Positions 8,301 through 13,867 of a stretch of DNA of 13,867 bases are shown in pieces (position 1 is the stretch's first letter; every line of letters begins with the position of its first letter). Location of the stretch: IMG/VR virus record IMGVR_UViG_2713896778_000031. The stretch is one strand, 5' to 3'. Both the position numbers and the translations under genes were made by a program. Origin of the DNA: a virus. Lineage: Duplodnaviria > Heunggongvirae > Uroviricota > Caudoviricetes. The notes under the pieces were generated by a model. The model was given only the letters and a program-made list of their open reading frames with translations, searched no databases and was not told the origin of the DNA.

Positions 8301-8531
8301 ATGAAAAAAATCATAGTTTTTTTTAACTCTGAACCAGCAGTGGTAGTGCCAGCGATGACTGGAGTTAACACCATCATGCGTGAATATCCAAATGGCGAAA
8401 AAACACACCTTACTGTAATGGCCGCAGGGTTTCCATCTCTGACCGGAGATCATAAAGTCATTTATGTAGCCGCGGATCGACATGTTACTTCAGAAGAAAT
8501 TCTGGAAGCAGCAATAAGGCTCTTGAGTTGA
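8301..8531 (+). CDS. Hypothetical prophage accessory protein (76 aa)
   Basis: ATG at 8301 (MKKIIVFF...); the track start at 8259 is a TTG inside the preceding terminator. No motif recognised. Confidence 0.4.
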   Translation: MKKIIVFFNSEPAVVVPAMTGVNTIMREYPNGEKTHLTVMAAGFPSLTGDHKVIYVAADRHVTSEEILEAAIRLLS

Positions 8532-8699
8532 TTTGATGCTATTGCATTGATAATTCAGGAAAATTCTCTTTGTCTGTTTGTGTAAAATTTAGACTATCGT
8601 ATGTTGATTATTGCGATGTTTCATCTTATCTTTTACACGTTTGCACCATATAATCGACTTACTGTGTAACTGGAAAGTCATAACAGACTAAAAGAGGAA

Positions 8700-8876
8700 A
8701 TGATGAATATTGAAGACTTAAAAACAAAAACAGAAGCAGATATTTCTGAATATATAACAAAAAAAATTATTGAACTTAAGAAAAAGACCGGGAAAGAAGT
8801 TACCAGTATTCAGTTTACCGCACGGGAAAAAATGACGGGTCTTGAAAGCTATGATGTCAAGATTAATTTAATCTGA
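8700..8876 (+). CDS. gnsB: GnsB-type small protein (58 aa; GnsA/GnsB family)
   Basis: Not in the ORF track (under 60 aa). MMNIEDLKTKTEADISEYITKKIIELKKKTGKEVTSIQFTAREKMTGLESYDVKINLI matches the GnsA/GnsB family as I recall it; AAGAGGAAA RBS; terminator at 8903-8928. Confidence 0.75.
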   Translation: MMNIEDLKTKTEADISEYITKKIIELKKKTGKEVTSIQFTAREKMTGLESYDVKINLI

Positions 8877-8902
8877 TGTATTCAATAATAAAATTTATCC
8901 AT

Positions 8903-8928
8903 AAACCCCGTTTTTACGGGGTTTTGTT
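8903..8928. terminator. Rho-independent terminator between convergent gnsB and ydfO
   Basis: Stem AAACCCCG / CGGGGTTT with loop TTTTTA, followed by TTTTGTT. Confidence 0.65.
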
Positions 8929-9027
8929 ATATTTGAATGGTTCCGAATATCTAAATCACAATTGTTGATGGTTTTTATTAAACCAATGCAGTCCGGCTCA
9001 GGAGTGAGAGAAGCCGGACGTTATGGT

Positions 9028-9438
9028 TTAGCGTGGTAAGATCTGTGTAGTTTTCTGGATGCTTTCAGTAAATAGTAATGAGTTATCAAAGGCATAGTAA
9101 TATCTTTGGTGTTCCTGGATATTTGTAACCCATCGGAAAACTCCTGCTTTAGCAAGATTTTCCCTGTATTGTTGAAATGTGATTTCTTTTGATTTCAACT
9201 TATTATAGGAGGTCTCTATAAGATGTTTGTTTCTGGAGAATTTAACATTTACAACCTTTTTGAGTCCTTTTACTAACACTATGTTGTCGTTTTCTAACAC
9301 AATGTGAATATTATCTGTGGCTAAATAGTAAATATAAAGTGAGACATTGTGACGTTTTAGCTCAGAATAAAATAATTCACAGTTTAAATCTTTACGCACT
9401 TGATCGAATATTTCTTTAAAAATGGCAGCCTGAGCCAT
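9028..9438 (-). CDS. ydfO: DUF1398-family prophage protein (YdfO-like), about 136 aa
   Basis: Sequence and context match Qin YdfO as I recall it. The start at the second ATG (9438, [11 protein letters not shown]...) has GAAGG 7 nt upstream; the track start at 9453 lacks an RBS. Confidence 0.65.
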   Translation of the reverse strand: MAQAAIFKEIFDQVRKDLNCELFYSELKRHNVSLYIYYLATDNIHIVLENDNIVLVKGLKKVVNVKFSRNKHLIETSYNKLKSKEITFQQYRENLAKAGVFRWVTNIQEHQRYYYAFDNSLLFTESIQKTTQILPR

Positions 9439-9738
9439 TGGTAAACCTTCCATGTGATACGATGGCGCGTAGTTTGCATTATCGTGTTTATTGTTTCAAT
9501 CTGGTCTGACCTCTTTGTGTTTTGTTGATGATTTATGTCAAATATTAAGCCTGTTTTTAATGAATAGTGTTGATTGCGTAACAAAGTTGAGCCTTGCTGG
9601 CATCCAGGAGGGATATGCAACCGACAGATGTATGTAAGGTCGATGTACTCAAACTTTCATACTTTTCCTCTTTTATGCAGAAAGATTTGAAGTAATATTT
9701 TAACCGCTAGATGACGAGCAAACGCATGGAGCGACAAA

Positions 9739-9945
9739 ATGAATAAAGAACAATCTGCTGATGAACTCTCGTTGGATCTGATTCGTGTAAAAAATATGCT
9801 TAATAGCACCATTTCTATGAGTTACCCGGATGTTGTAATTGCATGTATAGAACATCAGGTGTCTCTGGAAGCATTCAGGGCAATTGAGGCAGCGTTGGTG
9901 AAGCACGATAAGAATTCGAAGGATTATTCCCTGGTGGTTGACTGA
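9739..9945 (+). CDS. Hypothetical small protein (68 aa)
   Basis: GGAG 7 nt upstream of the ATG; the overlapping antisense ORF 9700-9906 lacks comparable signals. No motif recognised. Confidence 0.4.
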   Translation: MNKEQSADELSLDLIRVKNMLNSTISMSYPDVVIACIEHQVSLEAFRAIEAALVKHDKNSKDYSLVVD

Positions 9946-9965
9946 GCACCATAACTGCTAATCAT

Positions 9966-10133
9966 TCAAACTATTTCACCTGTGACAGAGTCAATATCGC
10001 ATTCTGTCACTGTCAGGCTAATACAGAGCTGCAATTCAACTACTGCAATGTCCTCGTAATTAGGTGAATTTACAATATCGTCCTGTTCGGATGCCGGCTG
10101 CATTGCTGAAGATGAGGCATTTATGGTTCGCAT
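9966..10133 (-). CDS. Hypothetical small acidic ORF (55 aa), not in the ORF track
   Basis: ATG at 10133 with GAGGGG upstream; translated by hand (MRTINASSSAMQPASEQDDIVNSPNYEDIAVVELQLCISLTVTECDIDSVTGEIV). Weak support. Confidence 0.2.
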   Translation of the reverse strand: MRTINASSSAMQPASEQDDIVNSPNYEDIAVVELQLCISLTVTECDIDSVTGEIV

Positions 10134-10310
10134 ATTTTCCCCTCATGCTCGTCAGTCCTGTGCGTAGGAAGAAACAGGACACTCACACTAATTTGTGTGG
10201 GCATGCTGTGATGTCCTTCTGAATTATTCCTATGCCATTATGTAAAGCGCTGTATCAGATGCTCGTCACGGCTGTCAGGCTGTCGGGTCCTCCCGGTGGG
10301 GGCCCCTGCC

Positions 10311-10330
10311 ACGGGGCGGGAGCGTCGCGG
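10311..10330. other. cosN-like cohesive-end site upstream of the small terminase gene
   Basis: ACGGGGCGGGAGCGTCGCGG resembles lambda cosN (ACG / GGGCGGCGACCT / CGCGGG as I recall it): identical flanks and 8 of 12 positions in the overhang region. It lies about 180 nt upstream of the Nu1-like gene, with a GGGGCCCC palindrome just before it. Confidence 0.4.
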
Positions 10331-10509
10331 AAAAAGGCTAGTTTTTGCATTTCCATGGCGGCGGCAGCATGTTTGGTAATTTATTGATAATTAAAAGTTA
10401 TTTCTCTTTTTACCTGTACAATATTTTTTTCCCCCTGTCATTAGACCAGTTTACAATTAATTGAAATATATAAATAAACATGATTTTCACCTGCCAGATG
10501 GAGTTGCTT

Positions 10510-11037
10510 ATGTCAAATGTGAGCGGGATCGGTGATGCTTATTACTGGAGTGTTTTTAAAATCGCTGAGGCCTTTGGGCTTCACCGGGACACAGTAAAAA
10601 AACGGCTTCTCGCGGCCAACACTCCTGTGGCTGCGACTGTCAGGGGGAACCCCGTTTACGCCCTGCAGCATGTCGGGCCAGCCCTGTTTAGTGTGAAGCA
10701 TGAGGCAGCAGACTCTGTTCATGATCCATCCCGTATGGAGCCGAAAGAGAGAAAGGACTGGTACCAGTCTGAAAATGAAAGGATCAAGCTGGAAAAGGAG
10801 CAGCGAAAACTCATCCCCGTTGATGAAGTAGTCATCGTCTATTCGTCCATGAGAAAGGCTGTCGTCCAGGTTCTGGAGACAATTCCGGATGTTCTTGAAC
10901 GCGATTGCGCCCTGACTCCTCAGGCCGTCGGCGTTGTACAGCAGGCAATTGATGACCTGCGATACACTCTTCAGGAAAAATCCTACGAGGCTTGTGCTGC
11001 TGAATTAATTCCTGATGAGGAAGGAGAGAGTCTCTAG
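10510..11037 (+). CDS. Terminase small subunit, Nu1-like (NohA/NohQ-type)
   Basis: Immediately precedes the large-subunit gene and follows the cos-like site; similar in size to lambda Nu1 (181 aa) with an N-terminal helix-turn-helix-like segment; GGAG 6 nt upstream of the ATG at 10510. Confidence 0.6.
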   Translation: MSNVSGIGDAYYWSVFKIAEAFGLHRDTVKKRLLAANTPVAATVRGNPVYALQHVGPALFSVKHEAADSVHDPSRMEPKERKDWYQSENERIKLEKEQRKLIPVDEVVIVYSSMRKAVVQVLETIPDVLERDCALTPQAVGVVQQAIDDLRYTLQEKSYEACAAELIPDEEGESL

Positions 11038-11045
11038 GAGGAATA

Positions 11046-12083
11046 ATGGGTTTTTCATCAGCCCGAAATTTGGGAAGGGACATATCGGCAGGATTTTCCC
11101 CACCACGTCGCATGCCGATTTCGGAGGCTGTTAAAAAATTCATGCGTGTTCCCAAGGGGGCTGGTAACTCGGTGCCATGGGATCCTGAACTGACACCCTA
11201 CATCATTGAGCCCATGAACTGCCTGGCATCGCGTGAATACGATGCGGTGATTTTTGTTGGTCCTGCGCGAACAGGGAAGACCATTGGTCTGATCGATGGA
11301 TGGATTGTCTATACCATCGTTTGCGATCCTTCGGACATGCTCGTTGTGCAGATGACCGAAGATAAGGCCCGCGAGCATTCTAAAAAGCGCCTCGACAGAA
11401 CGTTCAGAAGCAGTGCGGCGGTAAAGAAAAGAATGAGTCCACGTCGTAACGACAATAATGTCCATGATAAGACGTTCAGGGATGGCTCGTTCCTTAAAAT
11501 TGGTTGGCCCTCGGTCAACATTATGTCGTCGTCGGATTACCGGTTTGTCGCCTTAACCGATTACGACCGTTTTCCGGAGAATATCGACAGCGAGGGTGAT
11601 GGTTTCTCCCTGGCCTCAAAACGTACCACCACATTTATGTCCGCCGGGATGACTCTGGTGGAGAGCTCGCCGGGACGTGACATCTGCGACAGCAAATGGC
11701 GACGTAAGTCGCCTCATGAAGCGCCACCGACGACTGGTATTCTTTCCCTTTACAATCGTGGTGACCGCCGCCGCTGGTACTGGTCATGTCCGCACTGCGG
11801 TGAATATTTTCAGCCAGCCATGGATGCCATGACCGGCTACCGTAATGAACCGGATCCCTTTAAAGCCAGTGAGGCGGCGTATCTACTTTGCCCGCACTGC
11901 AGCGGCATTATCACTGCGGAGAAAAAGCGTGAGCTCAATAGTGCAGGAGTCTGGTTGCGTGAAGGTCAGGTCATTGATCGTAACGGCAACGTTTCCGGTG
12001 AACCGCGCCGCTCCCGTATCGCCAGTTTCTTGGATGTAGGGTACATTTCTTACCTGTTTGTATGTTCTGGTGTCGTTTCATAG
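11046..12083 (+). pseudogene. Terminase large subunit (lambda gpA-like), N-terminal ATPase portion only; truncated at about 12042
   Basis: AGGAGG RBS; Walker A-like VGPARTGKT; CPHCGEYFQ matches lambda gpA CPHCGEEQY; GVWLREG aligns to gpA GIWTRDG. About 330 gpA-like residues are followed by 14 unrelated residues and a stop, against 641 aa for gpA, so the C-terminal nuclease half is missing. Confidence 0.75.
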
Positions 12084-12200
12084 TCTTTTCAATGAGTTGT
12101 GATTTTATGAGTTTCCTCTCTTTGCTTGATAATGAGTTAGTTTATCGCTTGTTATTGGCTTGAATGGACTACATGACGGACTAAAAAATGAGGGCGATAG

Positions 12201-13439
12201 ATGTCGGTAAAGCCATTAACCGTGACTGAAGTTAAGGGGATGAAACCACGTGAAAAGGACTATGCCGTTTATGATGGGTTCGGTTTATTGCTGAATGTGA
12301 GTAAAGCCGGTGGGAAAGTGTGGCGTTTCCGTTATAGCCATCCGATAACGAAGAAACGGCAGACATACACGATAGGACGTTTTCCTGAATTCTCACTCGC
12401 GGAAGCACGGGAAGTACGTGATGAACTTCGGCGAATGATTGCACGTGGAGTTGATCCAGTGACGGAGAAGAAAAATCGTAAAATTGAGATGTCACTAAAA
12501 AATCTACAGACATTTGAAGCTGTTGCTAATGCATGGTTCGCTTTTAAAAAGGGATCTGAATTGCGGAAACCTACGCTGTATAATATCGAATATGAAGTAT
12601 ACAAATATCTTGTTCCTTTCTTTGGTAAGTACAGTATAGAAAAAATTACAGCACCAGTAGCTATTAATGCTCTGGATGCCGTATCCGATAAGAATGCGTT
12701 GCAAAAAAAATTAATATCAAGATTAAATGAAATTATGAATTATGCTGTAAATTGTGGAGCATTGAAAGCAAATCCATTACTTAAGATAAAGACTGCATTC
12801 ACAGGAAAGAAAAATAAATCATTAGCAGCACTACCTGTTGAAAGATTGCCTGAATTTCTGAGCTGGTGGGATAGTGTGCCTCATACCTATCAAATAGCTC
12901 ATAATGCACTTTTATTCCAGATATTGACAATGGTCAGGCCAGGTGAGGCGATTAAAGCAGAGTGGTCAGAGATTGATTTTGATTCTGGCTTGTGGATTAT
13001 CCCCGCGCATAAAATGAAATGCCATCGTGAACATGTTGTTCCCTTGTCATCACAGGCTATTAGTATCCTCAGAACAATGCAGGAAATAAAAAGAGGGCGT
13101 TATGTGTTTTTTTCCTCCAGAACAAAAGATGCGCCTATGGGGAGGAATACTATCAAGACCCCAATTGCTGCCAGTAAGTTCAAAGGGATTGTAACGTTAC
13201 ATGGTTTTCGTTCAATGTGGAGTACGCTTTTAAATGAGGAGGGATTTAACCCCGATGTAATCGAGGCTGCATTGGCGCATAAAAGTGGTGATAAAATAAG
13301 AGATATTTATAATAGAACTATTTATCTAGAACAGCGTAAGATCATGATGCAATGGGTCGGTGATTTTTTTGATGATGCGAGAAAAGGGGTAATTAATAGA
13401 TCCGGTGGTATGAAAGGTTTAAGAGTAGTAAATGGTTGA
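12201..13439 (+). CDS. Tyrosine recombinase, P4-type integrase (412 aa)
   Basis: N-terminal DUF4102-like arm domain (LTVTEVKGMKPREKDYAVYDGFGLLLNV...WRFRY) and a C-terminal catalytic region with HGFRS, LAH and a tyrosine near the end (IYNRTIY), typical of P4-family integrases; GAGGG RBS. Confidence 0.9.
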   Translation: MSVKPLTVTEVKGMKPREKDYAVYDGFGLLLNVSKAGGKVWRFRYSHPITKKRQTYTIGRFPEFSLAEAREVRDELRRMIARGVDPVTEKKNRKIEMSLKNLQTFEAVANAWFAFKKGSELRKPTLYNIEYEVYKYLVPFFGKYSIEKITAPVAINALDAVSDKNALQKKLISRLNEIMNYAVNCGALKANPLLKIKTAFTGKKNKSLAALPVERLPEFLSWWDSVPHTYQIAHNALLFQILTMVRPGEAIKAEWSEIDFDSGLWIIPAHKMKCHREHVVPLSSQAISILRTMQEIKRGRYVFFSSRTKDAPMGRNTIKTPIAASKFKGIVTLHGFRSMWSTLLNEEGFNPDVIEAALAHKSGDKIRDIYNRTIYLEQRKIMMQWVGDFFDDARKGVINRSGGMKGLRVVNG

Positions 13440-13452
13440 GGAGGTTCAGCAA

Positions 13453-13656
13453 ATGAATACCAATGAAGATATTTTATTTACTAAAGACGTAATGAAAATC
13501 TTGCGATATGGAGCAATGAGTGCATTCATCAATTTCTGGAAAGATGAGAATAATGGTTTTCCTCAGCCGTTCAGAATTGGACGACGACATACCTGGCACC
13601 GTAGAGATGTAGAAGCATGGTTAGATAAACAACGAGAACAGGCCAATCCCCACTAA
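13453..13656 (+). CDS. AlpA-family transcriptional regulator/excisionase-like protein (67 aa)
   Basis: GGAGG 8 nt upstream of the ATG at 13453; small HTH protein ending in the AlpA-like motif ...HRRDVEAWL; sits directly downstream of the integrase. Confidence 0.7.
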   Translation: MNTNEDILFTKDVMKILRYGAMSAFINFWKDENNGFPQPFRIGRRHTWHRRDVEAWLDKQREQANPH

Positions 13657-13669
13657 TAATATCTTTCAT

Positions 13670-13696
13670 ACCCCGCGTGCAATGCGGGGTTTTTTG
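13670..13696 (+). terminator. Rho-independent terminator after the AlpA-like gene
   Basis: Stem ACCCCGC / GCGGGGT with a 7-nt loop, followed by TTTTTT. Confidence 0.65.
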
Positions 13697-13715
13697 TATG
13701 TGAGGTAAAAAAGAA

Positions 13716-13867
13716 ATGAATAAAAATATTGCCGTGACGGGCAAGGGTGACGCACGTCATGTAAAAAAATTCTGTGATTTTCGTGATCTGGTCGTTCTGC
13801 GCTTTGATAGTGTGAACGTTCGCGTGGTGTATCTGAACGGCGATCCGTGGTTTGTTGCAAAGGATGT
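13716..13867 (+). CDS. Bro-N domain protein (antirepressor-like), N-terminal part; runs off the window end
   Basis: GAGGT RBS; MNKNIAVTGKGDARHVKKFCDFRDLVVLRFDSVNVRVVYLNGDPWFVAKDV carries the Bro-N signature (R-V...-G-x-PWFVAKDV). Confidence 0.55.
   Translation, partial: MNKNIAVTGKGDARHVKKFCDFRDLVVLRFDSVNVRVVYLNGDPWFVAKD

Noticed and set aside
8075-8483. Minus-strand ORFs 8075-8284 and 8217-8483
   Set aside because: They overlap the + strand terminator and + strand genes; no supporting signals.
9384-9906. Minus-strand ORFs 9384-9620 and 9700-9906
   Set aside because: The first overlaps the ydfO start and promoter region; the second is antisense to the better-supported + strand ORF at 9739-9945.
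10480-10509. Upstream ATG starts (10480, 10498) for the Nu1-like gene
   Set aside because: The ATG at 10510 has a GGAG at ideal spacing; the upstream ATGs lie in an AT-rich stretch without an RBS. Not excluded, only less likely.
12042-12200. Possible tRNA or tmRNA gene serving as the integration target at the integrase junction
   Set aside because: The 160 nt between the truncated terminase and the integrase are AT-rich with no acceptor-stem/T-arm-like GC-rich segment or CCA-proximal motif; no tRNA-like structure was found anywhere in the window.
10513-12704. Antisense and alternative-frame ORFs within the terminase and integrase genes (10513-10722, 10832-11155, 11058-11465, 11309-11521, 11845-12039, 12232-12513, 12332-12604, 12504-12704)
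   Set aside because: All nested in or opposite to genes with clear family signatures.
13432-13452. Upstream start (13432) for the AlpA-like gene
   Set aside because: It would overlap the integrase stop without an RBS, whereas 13453 is preceded by GGAGG.
13666-13860. Minus-strand 64-aa ORF at the window end
   Set aside because: Spans the + strand terminator and is antisense to the Bro-N ORF, which carries a clear domain signature.

Overview
This window reads as the late region of a lambdoid, Qin-like cryptic prophage from an Enterobacteriaceae genome (most likely Escherichia), ending in a P4-type integrase element. In order: a small ORF, a DUF968/YdfU-like gene and a Q antiterminator (both crossed by 50-nt N-runs); about 3.6 kb of AT-rich accessory DNA with a diverged second copy of the Q 3-prime end, small ORFs, a DUF883-like membrane protein, divergent cspF/cspB and a small zinc-ribbon gene; an S21-type lysis cassette (holin, YdfR-like, SAR endolysin, Rz with embedded Rz1); more accessory genes (cspI, a small ORF, gnsB, ydfO); a cos-like site; and a Nu1-like small terminase. 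The large terminase gene is cut off after about 330 codons where an integrase, an AlpA-like regulator and a partial Bro-N protein begin, and this junction is the most interesting feature. Most of the rest matches known prophage biology. No tRNA, rRNA, CRISPR array or IS element was recognised. All calls rest on reading the sequence and recalled family features; no database search was run.
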